A stretch of 41,028 nucleotides of DNA from positions 1 to 41,028 of the IMG/VR virus record IMGVR_UViG_3300048998_000197. One strand, given 5' to 3'. Below are positions 6,974 through 17,309 of the stretch, one piece after another (the stretch's first letter is position 1; each line of letters begins with the position of its first letter). A program made the position numbers and the translations under genes. This DNA comes from a virus. Lineage: Duplodnaviria > Caudoviricetes. Under the pieces are notes generated by a model that did not search any database, was not told where the DNA came from, and saw only the letters and a list, made by a program, of their open reading frames with translations.

Positions 6974-7453
6974 GGCAGAGCGGGAAGATCGGGGCCGATG
7001 CTATCGACGACCCTCCCCATTCTCAGCCTCTCCAGCCAATCCCGTAGCGTCCTGCCCGCACAGGATCCCCGACGCACCTAGATCGGGGCCGACGTCGCAC
7101 CCGTTGGTGGGCTGCCCCGCTTTCGAGCAACGTATGCTCGATGTAGTCTGGGGCCAGCGCTCCGATCCCGACCCACTGAACGGGCGGTCACGCTTTGGGC
7201 GAATCAGGGGGGCGGCGGTGCAGGATCGGCACCCAACACCGTCTTGAAGTCGGGGCTGCGCCGGTAGGCCCACCTGAGGTGGGGCCGCTCGTTCGCTACT
7301 CCGCCAGATCCCAGGCGTCGAGGAATGCAGCCTCGGTGGTGGCCGTGCCGACGGGCGCAGGCTTGTAGGGCCAGGCTCCGGCCGAGCCCCGGGCCACTCC
7401 TGATCCATAGATGCATATGAATCGGACAGGTACCCACATCTTCCCGCTCTGCC
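6974..7453. repeat. 16-bp perfect inverted repeat bracketing a 480-bp segment
   Basis: GGCAGAGCGGGAAGAT at 6974-6989 and ATCTTCCCGCTCTGCC at 7438-7453. Confidence 0.85.
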
Positions 7454-7555
7454 GCTCCTCGGTGAGTACCGTTACGGATCCGTTGGTGTATTCGTGGTAC
7501 CGGAGCATGCTGCAGCTTAGCACGAAGAATCGTTCGGTGCCATGTCGATTTCTGC

Positions 7556-7584
7556 TTGACGCAGCTTCAAAGTTGTGGTACACT
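7556..7584 (+). promoter_or_regulatory. Sigma70-like promoter upstream of the virion operon
   Basis: TTGACG-17 nt-TACACT with an extended TG; inverted repeat agcttca/tgaagct at 7563-7569 and 7584-7590. Confidence 0.75.
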
Positions 7585-7871
7585 GAAGCTACGTTGATGC
7601 AGCAGAGGATCACTGGTGCAGTGATGATGCTAGCTCCGTAGGCCGCAACGCGCAAGCGCTTGCGGCGGAACACTGCAGCCTTTGCCCGGTGCCCCACGGC
7701 AGGTTGTGGTGATGATACCACAGTTGCGCCAGGGCGGGAAGAAGGGGGGTCGGCCCTTCCCGCGGTGCAGCTCCTGCCCGATCCTAAATCGTCGCGGGCG
7801 CTCACCTTCGGCCCCACCGTCTGCCTTTTCCCGCGTCTCCCCATGCTGTCCCCTGCATGGAGAGCACCAGA

Positions 7872-9797
7872 ATGACCGGGCCCTGGTTCACGCTGAAGCG
7901 GGAAGATGTTGGTAAGTCCGTGTGCGGCATGGGCCTGCAGCTGTGGCTGGAGAGCACTCCGCAACGTCGGGACTACGAAGCGAACCGCAAGCGCTTCCGC
8001 GGCCGCAACGCGGGCCGCATGCGCCGCATGGACGGCGTGGATCGCGACAACGCCCGGCTGAACATCACGAAGAGCACCATCGAGACGCTGGTGTCGCGGA
8101 TCGGCTCAAGCCGACCGCGCCCACGCATCCTGGTGTCGGGCGGGAACTGGAGCCTTCGCGCGAAAGCGAAGAAGATGCAGAAGTTCCTCGACCAGGTGTA
8201 CAAGGCGTCGAAGATGTACGAACTGGCCAAGGGCTGCGTCCGTGACGCGATGCTGGCCGGCACCGGAGTGCTGTACCACTTCCCCGACGTGCCCCGCCGT
8301 AAGGTGGCCACCGAGCGCGTTCTTCCGGGCGAGCTGCTGGTCGACTCGGCAGAGGCGTACACGGGCTGCCCCCAGACGCTGATCCGCGTCAAGCACTTCT
8401 CGCCAGAGGTGCTGCAGGCGATGTTCCCTCGCGTCGACGTGTCGCGCATGGAGACAGTCGACGCCACCGAGCTGGGCCAGGACGCCGTCGTGGACGGCGG
8501 GCAGCTGATCCGCGTGTATGAGGCGTGGCACCTGGCGCGTCCGCTGGACGTGGGAGCGAAGGACGAGGCGGACCGCTACGAGCCGGGCCGTCACGTAATC
8601 GCCGCTGGTGACACCACGTTGGTCGACGAGCCCTGGGGCTACGACTACTTCCCCTTCACCTTCCTGCACTGGTGCCCGCCGACTGACGGCTTCTGGGGCG
8701 ATTCAGCAGCGGGTGAGATCCGTGGTCTCGAGCGCGAAGCCAACATCATGCTGCAGCGCGTGCAGAAGGCGATGAAGCTGACGGGTCAGCCGATGGTGAT
8801 GGCGCCGCGCAGCGCCAAGGTGGGCCGCGCGAAGATGACCGACGAGATCATGGCCCTCGTCGAGTACGACGGCCAGGTGCCGCCCACGATCACGGTGGGC
8901 ACGCCCTCGCACCCCCAGGTCCTTCAGCAGATCTGGGATCTGAAGAAGGCAGCGTTCGAGCAGCTTGGAACCAACGAGTACCAGGCCAGCGCGGTCAAGC
9001 CGCCCGGCATCGAGAGCGGTCGCGCCCTCGAGCAGCTGAGCGAGGAGCACATCGTCCGCTTCAAGGACTTCATGCAGCGCTTCGAAGGCCTCGTAGCCGA
9101 AGACATCGCGCGCCAGGTGCTGCGCTGCGCGCGCGACCTGGACGCGGCGCTTCGCGAGCGCGGCGTCAAGGAAGGCTACGTCGTGCACAGCGCCGACCGC
9201 CGCACCAGCCTGAAGCTGGTGTGGAAGGATGTGGCCATCAGCCCAGACGACATGTTCGTGGAGACCTGGCCCACGTCGATCCTGCCGCTCACGCCCAGCG
9301 CGCGCACCGAGGAGATCCAGCGCTGGCAGGACGCGGGCTGGATCACGCCCCAGCGCGCCATCTCGCTGGCGGAGATCCCGGACCTCGAGTCAGAGGGCGA
9401 CCTGCTCACAGCGGACGGTGAGCTGCTCGACTACCAGCTGGAGCAGATGCTAGACGACGGCAAGCGCGTCTCGCCCATCGTCCGCCAGAACCTCGAGTTC
9501 GCCCTGCTGCGCGGCACGTACGCCCTCGAGTGCGCCATCAAGGAAGGGGTGCCCCTGGCCCATCAGGACCAGCTCTCCGTGTTCCTTGACGAGGTTCAGG
9601 CGCTCCTGGACGCGAAGCAATCGGTCGAGATGGGCGCACAGGGCTTGCCGGGTCCAATGCCGCTACCAGGTCAGCCGGGCTCGCCGATGCCGGGTCTCCC
9701 GCCACCGCCGGGCATGGGTATGCCGGGGATGGCCCCTCCTCTTCCCGCCCCTGCAGGACCGATGCCGAGTCCTGGAGGAGTGATACCCAATGGCTGA
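7872..9797 (+). CDS. Portal protein
   Basis: ~640 aa, first gene of the structural operon, ahead of scaffold and capsid; NITKSTIETLVSRI, RVYEAW, ESGRAL features; Pro/Gly/Met-rich tail. Confidence 0.8.
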   Translation: MTGPWFTLKREDVGKSVCGMGLQLWLESTPQRRDYEANRKRFRGRNAGRMRRMDGVDRDNARLNITKSTIETLVSRIGSSRPRPRILVSGGNWSLRAKAKKMQKFLDQVYKASKMYELAKGCVRDAMLAGTGVLYHFPDVPRRKVATERVLPGELLVDSAEAYTGCPQTLIRVKHFSPEVLQAMFPRVDVSRMETVDATELGQDAVVDGGQLIRVYEAWHLARPLDVGAKDEADRYEPGRHVIAAGDTTLVDEPWGYDYFPFTFLHWCPPTDGFWGDSAAGEIRGLEREANIMLQRVQKAMKLTGQPMVMAPRSAKVGRAKMTDEIMALVEYDGQVPPTITVGTPSHPQVLQQIWDLKKAAFEQLGTNEYQASAVKPPGIESGRALEQLSEEHIVRFKDFMQRFEGLVAEDIARQVLRCARDLDAALRERGVKEGYVVHSADRRTSLKLVWKDVAISPDDMFVETWPTSILPLTPSARTEEIQRWQDAGWITPQRAISLAEIPDLESEGDLLTADGELLDYQLEQMLDDGKRVSPIVRQNLEFALLRGTYALECAIKEGVPLAHQDQLSVFLDEVQALLDAKQSVEMGAQGLPGPMPLPGQPGSPMPGLPPPPGMGMPGMAPPLPAPAGPMPSPGGVIPNG

Positions 9798-10701
9798 GCA
9801 AGCCCTGACTGTTGCACCAGCGAGCGCCACGGAGCCCACGGCTCCGGGCGCCTCATCGTCAAGCCCCGCCGCGATCGACGCGGATAGCGCGGACTTCGCG
9901 CAGGCGATTGCAGCGCTCACCGGCGCCGCAGAGGCGCCGAAGACTGCACCCGCAGTCGAGACCCCCGCCGCACCGCCGCCCGTCGTAGAAGCGCCCAAGC
10001 CGACGCCGGAGCCCGACGCCGACACCAAAGCGATCCTGGCCCGCATGGCCCGACTCGAGTTCGAGGCGGAGCAGGCGCGGGAAGAGGCAGCCAAGCTGCG
10101 CGGAGTCTCCGAGCCCGCCGCGAAGTTCGCCAAGATCCAGGAGCTGAAGGCGGCCAAGAACTTCCAGGCCGTACTGCAGGAGTTGGGCGTCACCTCCGAC
10201 GAACTCCAGAGCATGATCCTGGAAGGCAACAAGCCTCTGGCCCCGGAAGTGGTCGAGCTGAAGCGCCAGCAGGAAGAGCTGAGCCGGTTCAAGCAGGAGC
10301 TTGAGGCGCGGGAGTCCGCGGCTGCCCAAGCCCGCGCACAGGCGGAGTTCAAGGCCAAGGAGCTGGCGCCCAAGCTCAGCCCCGAGGCGTTCCCCCTGGG
10401 CCGTGCAGTATACGGTGAGGCGCTGGTAGAGGAAGTGTTCGCTGTCCTACAGCACATGTACCGCTCCGGCGACAAGAACCCCAGCGTGGCGGCGGCAGGA
10501 AAGGTGGTCGAGGACTACCTGGGCAACATCCGTGCCAAGCTGACCCCGTCCCAAGCAGCGGCGGTGGCGCAAGCCTCTTCCGCCACAGCACCGACGACGA
10601 CACTCACAAACGCTCCGACCACGGCTCCACGCGTGGCGGTCGACATGGACACCGACGAGGGGCGAATGGAAGCTGCCCTCAAACTGTTGAAAGGTAACTG
10701 A
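9790..10701 (+). CDS. Capsid scaffolding protein
   Basis: Between portal and capsid genes; Ala/Pro-rich ends and a coiled-coil core. Confidence 0.7.
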   Translation: MAEQALTVAPASATEPTAPGASSSSPAAIDADSADFAQAIAALTGAAEAPKTAPAVETPAAPPPVVEAPKPTPEPDADTKAILARMARLEFEAEQAREEAAKLRGVSEPAAKFAKIQELKAAKNFQAVLQELGVTSDELQSMILEGNKPLAPEVVELKRQQEELSRFKQELEARESAAAQARAQAEFKAKELAPKLSPEAFPLGRAVYGEALVEEVFAVLQHMYRSGDKNPSVAAAGKVVEDYLGNIRAKLTPSQAAAVAQASSATAPTTTLTNAPTTAPRVAVDMDTDEGRMEAALKLLKGN

Positions 10702-10703
10702 TA

Positions 10704-11906
10704 ATGCCCGCCACGAATCAGACCTTGAGCAACGCCTCCGCCGCGCTCAAGATCCTCTACACCGAGCGCAAGCTCAAGGAGATCGGTTATACCGATCACC
10801 CGTTCTGGGCGATGCTCAAGAAGTCCACGGACTTCACCGGCGTTTCCTACAACATGCCGATCTGGTACGCCGCGAACCAGGGTGGTTCGCGCACGTTCAG
10901 CACCGCGCTGTCGGGCCGCAAGCCGAACAAGTACGCCGCTTTCGCGCTCACGCGTGCGAAGGACTACGTCATCGGCCGCATCGACATCGAGGCGCTCAAG
11001 GCGTCGCGTAACGATCCGGGCGCGTTCCTCAAGCTCGGTCGCGCCAACATCGATGGCTCGATCCGCGCCCTGACGAACAACCTCGCAGTGAGCCTCTTCC
11101 GCAACCAGGGTGGCGCGCGCGGCCAGGTGGCGTCCATCGCCTCCACCGTGCTCACGCTCTCCAACGCGGCGGACGTGGTGAACTTCGAAGTGGGTATGAC
11201 CCTCGTGCAGTCGACCGCTGACGGCACGTCGGGCTCGCTCGGCTCGGGCAACTCCGAGATCACGGCGATCGATCGTCGCGCTGGCACCCTGACGGCTGCC
11301 AACTGGACGAACTTCAGCGCCAACGACTACCTGTTCCGTGCTGGCGACTTCGGTTCCAGCGTGGCGGGCGTCCAGGCGTGGGTTCCTCCCAGCGCGCCCA
11401 CCTCGACGCTGTTCTTCGGCGTCGACCGCACCGTCGACTCGCGCCTCTACGGCCAGGGTCACGACGGCTCGGCTCAGGACATGCTCGATGCGATCCTCGA
11501 CATCGACATGAAGCTGTACCGCGAAGGTGCACGCTGCGACGTGGTGTTCGTCAACCCGGCGGACTTCAACAGTGCACGTAAGCGCCTCGGCGCCGACGTG
11601 ATCTACGACAAAATCTCGCCCAAGGACATGGCCTCCGTGTCGTTCAACGCGATCAACGTCGTGGGTATGACCGGTAACCTGAAGATGGTCGCCGACAACA
11701 GCGTGCCCGTGGGCTACGGCCTCGTGACGCAGATGGACTCATGGGAGTTCTGCTGCCTCGAGCTGCCCGGCCTGCAGAGCAACGAGCTGACCGGCGAAGC
11801 GCTCCGCATCGCGGAAGACGAGGACAGCGTCGAGTACCGCTGCGCCTACTACGGCAACCTCGGCAACCACGCGCCGGCCTTCAGCGGCACGGTCAAGTTC
11901 TACTAA
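10704..11906 (+). CDS. Major capsid protein
   Basis: 400 aa, strongly biased codon usage, follows the scaffold; ALKILY..HPFWAMLKK..YRCAYYGNL. Confidence 0.8.
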   Translation: MPATNQTLSNASAALKILYTERKLKEIGYTDHPFWAMLKKSTDFTGVSYNMPIWYAANQGGSRTFSTALSGRKPNKYAAFALTRAKDYVIGRIDIEALKASRNDPGAFLKLGRANIDGSIRALTNNLAVSLFRNQGGARGQVASIASTVLTLSNAADVVNFEVGMTLVQSTADGTSGSLGSGNSEITAIDRRAGTLTAANWTNFSANDYLFRAGDFGSSVAGVQAWVPPSAPTSTLFFGVDRTVDSRLYGQGHDGSAQDMLDAILDIDMKLYREGARCDVVFVNPADFNSARKRLGADVIYDKISPKDMASVSFNAINVVGMTGNLKMVADNSVPVGYGLVTQMDSWEFCCLELPGLQSNELTGEALRIAEDEDSVEYRCAYYGNLGNHAPAFSGTVKFY

Positions 11907-11927
11907 ACCCAAGGGAACCAACCAGCC

Positions 11928-12302
11928 ATGCTGACTTCTGGTAAATCATCGCTCGCGAACTTCAGCCAGGCTGGCCTGGTTTTTGTCGCGGGCAAAGTAG
12001 CCATCGGCGCCACCGGCGCCGTGGGCACCAAGACGGGTAAGGGCTTCACCGTGACGCGCACGGGTGCGGGCCTCTACACCGTCACCTTCGACGGCTCGGG
12101 CGGGTTCACGGCGATTCTGTTCGCCGACATCCAGATCTCGCCTGCCGCCGCCAACGCAACGCAGGAAGCGTTCGTGCTTACGCACGCTCCCAGCACGCGC
12201 ACACTGACGATCCAAACCAACGCCTCGGGTACCCGCAACGTCGCGGCCGATCCCCCGTCCGGTTCGGTGCTCGCTCTGTTCGCGGTGCTGTCGACCCAGT
12301 GA
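11928..12302 (+). CDS. Putative capsid decoration or minor virion protein
   Basis: Beta-rich 124 aa (VTRTGAGLYTVTF) between the capsid gene and a terminator. Confidence 0.55.
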   Translation: MLTSGKSSLANFSQAGLVFVAGKVAIGATGAVGTKTGKGFTVTRTGAGLYTVTFDGSGGFTAILFADIQISPAAANATQEAFVLTHAPSTRTLTIQTNASGTRNVAADPPSGSVLALFAVLSTQ

Positions 12303-12324
12303 GACCGTTTCGCTCCTGACACCG

Positions 12325-12362
12325 GCCCCCGCCCGTACACCTCCGCGGGCGGGGGCTTTCTT
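12325..12362 (+). terminator. Intrinsic terminator after the capsid genes
   Basis: gcccccgcccg / cgggcgggggc 11-bp stem followed by tttctt. Confidence 0.8.
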
Positions 12363-12396
12363 ATGTGGAGGCATCGACCCTCTTCCCGCTCTGCAG

Positions 12397-13068
12397 GTGC
12401 CCATGGAGTCCACGCCCGTAGCTACCATCATCACGCGTGCCCGGCGCCGCTGCGACGCCGAGACAGCCACGCCGACGGCGGACTTCATCACGGACGCGGA
12501 GCTGCTCGACTTTCTGAACAGCGCCCAGAAGGAGCTGGTCGACCAGATCGCCGACTCCAGCGAGGGCGGCCTCGAGCTGTACGCCACGATGTCGACTCTT
12601 ACATCGCCGTACTCGCTACCTGCCGACTTCTACCGCCCGGTGGCGCTCGATGTGCCAGGCTCGGGTGTGACCTCCTGGATCACGGCCCCACAGTTCAACT
12701 TCCAGCAGCGCAACAACTACACCAGCACCGAGCGCCCCATGTGGCGCATCGTGGGCGGTACGCTCCTGTTCTCGCCCTCGACGGCCACGCCGACGAGCGT
12801 GCGCCTCTGGTACATCCCTGTGCGCACCGCGGCTACCAGCTCCGACAGCATCATCACCTACAACGGCTGGGACGATTACCTGGTCGGGAAGCTCATGTTC
12901 GCCATCCTCGAGAAGGAAGAGCGCGACACAGCCCCCGCCAACCGCATGGTGACCGGCGCAGTGGCGCGCATTGAGCGCGCCCTGATGCGATACACCCAGG
13001 CAGCGACGCAGCGCGCTGAGCGCCTCGAGTTCACCCCTGAGGACCTCTTCGACGTCGACGGCCGATGA
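12397..13068 (+). CDS. Head-tail adaptor (tail tubular protein A-like)
   Basis: IITRARRRCD..FITDAELLDFLN..YSLPADF..VRLWYIP, typical of podovirus adaptors. Confidence 0.75.
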   Translation: MPMESTPVATIITRARRRCDAETATPTADFITDAELLDFLNSAQKELVDQIADSSEGGLELYATMSTLTSPYSLPADFYRPVALDVPGSGVTSWITAPQFNFQQRNNYTSTERPMWRIVGGTLLFSPSTATPTSVRLWYIPVRTAATSSDSIITYNGWDDYLVGKLMFAILEKEERDTAPANRMVTGAVARIERALMRYTQAATQRAERLEFTPEDLFDVDGR

Positions 13069-14183
13069 CCATCCGCAAGCCAGTCCCGCCGGTGAACTTC
13101 CGCAGTCCGGAGCCCCGGACTATGGAGGACCTGCGCAAGCTCTGCGCCTATCTGCGCGAGCACAACACCTGGCTGGAGTACCAGCTGGCCCATCCGGACC
13201 TGAGCGCGTACAGCACCACCGCGCTGGCGGACCAGCGCTACCTGCTGCGCTCCGCGGGCGACTTCAGCACGTTCACGAACAAGGCAACCCCGGTCGCCGC
13301 GGACAAGATCCTGCTCGAGGACAGCGCTGCGTCCAACGTGAAGAAGTACGCCACGCTCTCGTCGCTGGCTACCGCCATCGGCGCCGCCGGGGGATCAACG
13401 TGGACCGACATGGCGGTGCAGCCGGGCACCGCACACGCGGACGACGACGAGTTCACGGGCACGTCCATCAACTCCGCGTGGAAGGCCATGCGCGCGGACA
13501 CGTTCGCAGCGCTCACGCCGTCGGTGGGCGTGGACCCGTTCAGCTACTTCAGTACGACGGGCACCGGGAAATGGCAGCAAGGCTACCGTAGCAGCTGGCT
13601 CGCGTGGCAGTCGCCCGACCGCGTCAACAACGCCAACACGGCGGACTTGGTCGTGTGGAAGCCCCTGAGCACGGTCACGACGAACTGCATGTTCCGTTGC
13701 CGATGGTCCACCATCACGGAAAACCACATCAGCCGTGACGGCGCGTTTTCATTCTCCGTCTGCGCGGACACGGCCGGGCGTCCTGACTTCGCTAACCGAG
13801 TGCAGCTGCAGGGTGCGACCAATCCGGGCGCCGCTGGCAACACGACTATGAGCCTAAACACCATCGTCGGCGGTGCTACCACGAATACGGTCACGTGGAC
13901 CTGGATAGCCGACTCGGCCCAGAAAAGTCCGCTGTGGGCGCCAATGGATGAGCTGCTCATAGTCAAGCGCGGCACGCAGTACCTCGGATTTATGGGCGCA
14001 GCCCAGCGCTGGATCCGCCTCACCGCGACGGGCGGCGCGACGCAGAACTTCACCTTCGCTCCGACCGTCGCACACGTCGCGTTCAACGGTACGTGCGACC
14101 TCGGCGGGTCGCTCAACAACCCGGTACAGAGCGTGTTCCTGCTCGACTACTTCCGCCGCCGCGACGACACGCTGATCCCCTGA
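13065..14183 (+). CDS. Tail fibre or receptor-binding protein
   Basis: KATPVAADKILLEDS fibre-like segment, then a beta-sandwich or lectin-like domain (DDEFTGTSINSAW...DYFR). Confidence 0.55.
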   Translation: MTIRKPVPPVNFRSPEPRTMEDLRKLCAYLREHNTWLEYQLAHPDLSAYSTTALADQRYLLRSAGDFSTFTNKATPVAADKILLEDSAASNVKKYATLSSLATAIGAAGGSTWTDMAVQPGTAHADDDEFTGTSINSAWKAMRADTFAALTPSVGVDPFSYFSTTGTGKWQQGYRSSWLAWQSPDRVNNANTADLVVWKPLSTVTTNCMFRCRWSTITENHISRDGAFSFSVCADTAGRPDFANRVQLQGATNPGAAGNTTMSLNTIVGGATTNTVTWTWIADSAQKSPLWAPMDELLIVKRGTQYLGFMGAAQRWIRLTATGGATQNFTFAPTVAHVAFNGTCDLGGSLNNPVQSVFLLDYFRRRDDTLIP

Positions 14184-14192
14184 GGAGGCACC

Positions 14193-17100
14193 ATGCTTGA
14201 GCCCAAGACACAGACCATTCCGTTCAAGGCGGGAATAGACCGCCGCAGCGACGCCAACGCCACGGAGGCGGCAGGCTTCCTGCAGCTGGATAACTGTGTC
14301 TTCGACCAAGACGGTGCCGTGCTGGGTCGTCCGGTGCTGGCCCCTCAGACCAAGATTGGCAGCACCGCCACCGGGCGCACGTTCCTCCGCAACGCCGACG
14401 CAATCGCCCTGGCCCGCCCGCAGCCCTACGTTACTTCCCGCCTTGCCGAGCTGTTCCCGGGTCAGCGCGTGGTCAGCGTCGAAGCTGCGTTCCACGGCCG
14501 CTACACCGCCGTGATCATGTCCGCCCTGAAAGAGGATGAGACGCACGCCTGGTACCAGACCTTCACGCCGGTCACCTTCATTGCCATCCTGGACTCTGAC
14601 GGGCAGATCCTGACGCTGCAGGAGATCGCGACCCCCGCCGCGGTGTCGTCGCTGGGCACGGTCTACAACCCCAAGGTTGTGGCGCTCCCCAGTGTCTCCA
14701 CGCCCACCTGGCTGATCACGGGCGTGCGCATCACGTCTAACGACCTGTACGGCGCCACGCTCACCTACACCGCCAGCAGCAACTCGCTCTCGTACGCCAC
14801 GCCGTTCCTGATTGGCGCCGCCGCGGGAAGCGGCAAGCGCTCGTCCTACGACGTTGTGAGCGACGGGGCCAGCACCGCCTATGTGGCCTATGCCACCGGA
14901 ACAGGTGTAGTCTGGAAGTCGTTCGTGGGCGCATCTATGACGCTCACCACCACGGCCACCGCCTTTACGACGTTCGGCAACCCGACGGACGTGTGGGTGG
15001 AGCTGCAGGGCTCGAACGTGCACGTGATGACCATCACCGGCACGTCGCCCAACCAGCATATCAGCGCTGTGCTGTGGACCAACACCGGCGGCGCCGCGTC
15101 GAACTCGCAGCGCATCGCCAGCTCCGTAACGCTGCCAGGGCTCGTGACCTACTTCCCGACCACCGGGATCGTCGCCTGGAACAGCTCGCTCACCCAGCTG
15201 AACTGGGCCACCCTGACCTACAGCGGCAACACGACGCCACTGACCGCCGTGGCCTATCCTTCGATGCTCATCGCGTCGCGCGCCGTCGGCTCGCAGATGG
15301 CGGTCTACAATCCGTCGGGCTGGACCAGCGGCTACAACGCGCTGGACCTGATCACGCTCACCGCCACCACGACGGCCCCCCTCGTCACGGCCCGGCTGGC
15401 CTATGACGACTTCGCGCCCTTCCAGCTGTTCACCGCGTCGGGCACCGCTGACGACACGCTGGGCCGCTTCGCGTTCTACCAGCCCCGCTTCGCCTCGAAC
15501 TCCAGCACGCTCCAGACCTACTTCCCGGCCCTGGTACAGGAAGCCAACGGCGCCGCCGAGTCGTCGCCCGTGGACAGCGTCGGCGTGATCCGCCGCGTGC
15601 GCATGGTTGCGTTCGCCACCACTGACTCGCCCATCGTGGCCGCCCTCGGCCGCAACATGCTGGTGGCCGGCAGCATCCCGACCAGCTGGGATGGCGTCAA
15701 GCTAACGCCAGCAGCGGCACTCACAGCCCCGGAGCAGCCGGGCATCGCGCCCGGCGCGGCCGGCGCGCTCACCGGCGTGTACTCGATCCGCACGGTCATC
15801 GAGTTCGTGGACGCCCGCGGCGTGAGTTGGTTCAGCCCGCCCAGCGTCGCCAGCACCGCCGCCACGCTCACCGCCCAGAAGAAGACGTGTACCGCCGTCG
15901 TGAACGCGCGGCTCATGGCGGAGCAGGCCGGGAAGTGGAAACAGTTTAGGGTCCGCTTCTACAGCACCCTCGCTGGTGGATCGACGTACTACCTGATGTC
16001 CATGTTCGTGATGGACGCGGCAGCGTTCTTCGGCGACCTGGACTCGAGCATCAGCTACGACGACAACACCTCCGACGGCACGCTGGCTCTGGCCGAGCAG
16101 CTCTACTCCCAGACGAGCGACGCCTTCGAACTGGCGCCGCCGCTGGCCCACATCTGCGCCCACGGCAACCGCTTCTTCGGCGTGCGCTCGGATGTGCCCG
16201 AGATCGTGATGTTCACGGACGAGGCCCAGGAGGGCTTTTTGCCCCGCTGGAACGGGAACCGTTTCATCCGCGTTGACAACGGCGCCGGCCCTGCGCTCGC
16301 GTGCGGCTCGCTCAATGACTCGCTGGTCATCTTCCAGGCTGAGCAGCTCTGCTTGATCCGAGGCGACGGCCCCACCGCCGCCATCTCCGACACGTCCGCC
16401 TACCCGGTGCCCCAACGGTTCGCATCCGTGGGCGTCCATCCTTCCCGCATCGGCACGATCGTGTCGACCGCCGCGGGCATCTTCTTCGTGGGCCGCCGCA
16501 ACGCCTACCTGCTCCAGCCCGACCTCCAGGTGGTGCCGGTGGGCTCCGCGCTGGGTGGTGCCTCCGCCTGGGTGAACGGCAGCTTCACGCGCGCGCGATA
16601 CGTCGCGTCGCGCAATCAGGTGTGGCTGTTCGGCACGGCCTCGGGCTTCAGCTACGGCAGTCCGACGGTTCAGATCCTGGACCTCAACAGCATGCGTTGG
16701 ACCACGCTCAGCGGCATGTCCACCAGCTCCCCCGCGGGCTGGACTGACGCCTACGACGTGATCGAGGCGGCGGGCACAACCTACGTGGCCGTGGGCGGCA
16801 GCTCGACCCCGGCGGTGTTCGCGCTGAGCGACACGACCCAGCCGCGCTTCGAGCGCCGCAACACCTCCTCGACCGTGGACGTGCCGGTTGTGCAGACCAT
16901 CGACCTTCCCTGGTTCCGACCGAGCGAAGCGACGGACATGCGCCTGCGTAAGGTGCTCATCTCGGGCCGCCAGGTGAACGGCTCCGGTGTGGGCACCATG
17001 CCCAATATCACCGTCAAGGTGTTCGTCCAGAGCGCGCGCTCCGCGCTCGCGTCGGACACGGCGGTCCATACGGACACGTGGACGGGCTCCAGCCTCACGA

Positions 17101-17285
17101 TTGCCGAGTCGTTCCAGCTGGCCTTCCGCAGCATCACCCAGCGCTGCCACGCCTTCCGCGTGCAGATCATCATCACGCCGACCGCGACCAGCCAGCCCAT
17201 CGCGCTGAACGCTGTCACGTACTTGTACGGAATCACAGGGCCGGCGGGCAAAGTGCCCGTGGGCACGCTCCCCAGCGCCACCTGA
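14193..17285 (+). CDS. Tail nozzle/hub (tail tubular protein B-like)
   Basis: 1030 aa, Thr/Ser- and beta-rich; N-terminal PFKAGID..LQLDNCVFD; sits between adaptor and ejection proteins. Confidence 0.65.
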   Translation: MLEPKTQTIPFKAGIDRRSDANATEAAGFLQLDNCVFDQDGAVLGRPVLAPQTKIGSTATGRTFLRNADAIALARPQPYVTSRLAELFPGQRVVSVEAAFHGRYTAVIMSALKEDETHAWYQTFTPVTFIAILDSDGQILTLQEIATPAAVSSLGTVYNPKVVALPSVSTPTWLITGVRITSNDLYGATLTYTASSNSLSYATPFLIGAAAGSGKRSSYDVVSDGASTAYVAYATGTGVVWKSFVGASMTLTTTATAFTTFGNPTDVWVELQGSNVHVMTITGTSPNQHISAVLWTNTGGAASNSQRIASSVTLPGLVTYFPTTGIVAWNSSLTQLNWATLTYSGNTTPLTAVAYPSMLIASRAVGSQMAVYNPSGWTSGYNALDLITLTATTTAPLVTARLAYDDFAPFQLFTASGTADDTLGRFAFYQPRFASNSSTLQTYFPALVQEANGAAESSPVDSVGVIRRVRMVAFATTDSPIVAALGRNMLVAGSIPTSWDGVKLTPAAALTAPEQPGIAPGAAGALTGVYSIRTVIEFVDARGVSWFSPPSVASTAATLTAQKKTCTAVVNARLMAEQAGKWKQFRVRFYSTLAGGSTYYLMSMFVMDAAAFFGDLDSSISYDDNTSDGTLALAEQLYSQTSDAFELAPPLAHICAHGNRFFGVRSDVPEIVMFTDEAQEGFLPRWNGNRFIRVDNGAGPALACGSLNDSLVIFQAEQLCLIRGDGPTAAISDTSAYPVPQRFASVGVHPSRIGTIVSTAAGIFFVGRRNAYLLQPDLQVVPVGSALGGASAWVNGSFTRARYVASRNQVWLFGTASGFSYGSPTVQILDLNSMRWTTLSGMSTSSPAGWTDAYDVIEAAGTTYVAVGGSSTPAVFALSDTTQPRFERRNTSSTVDVPVVQTIDLPWFRPSEATDMRLRKVLISGRQVNGSGVGTMPNITVKVFVQSARSALASDTAVHTDTWTGSSLTIAESFQLAFRSITQRCHAFRVQIIITPTATSQPIALNAVTYLYGITGPAGKVPVGTLPSAT

Positions 17286-17309
17286 TGCTGTCCCACTGAA
17301 AGGTAACGC

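Noticed and set aside
7296-7508. Possible 70-aa minus-strand gene (MLRYHEYTNG...)
   Set aside because: No clear RBS or motif, and it overlaps repeats. It cannot be excluded but is not supported enough to list.
7615-7680. Hammerhead-ribozyme-like look (gtgatga ... ggaac)
   Set aside because: The core is not CUGANGA/GAAA and I could not build the three required stems.
6400-7870. CRISPR array or tRNA genes in the non-coding region
   Set aside because: No regularly spaced repeat-spacer units and no cloverleaf with T-loop and CCA were seen.
9640-9790. Pro/Gly/Met repeats at the portal C-terminus
   Set aside because: Low-complexity tails are common on podovirus portals; not a separate element.
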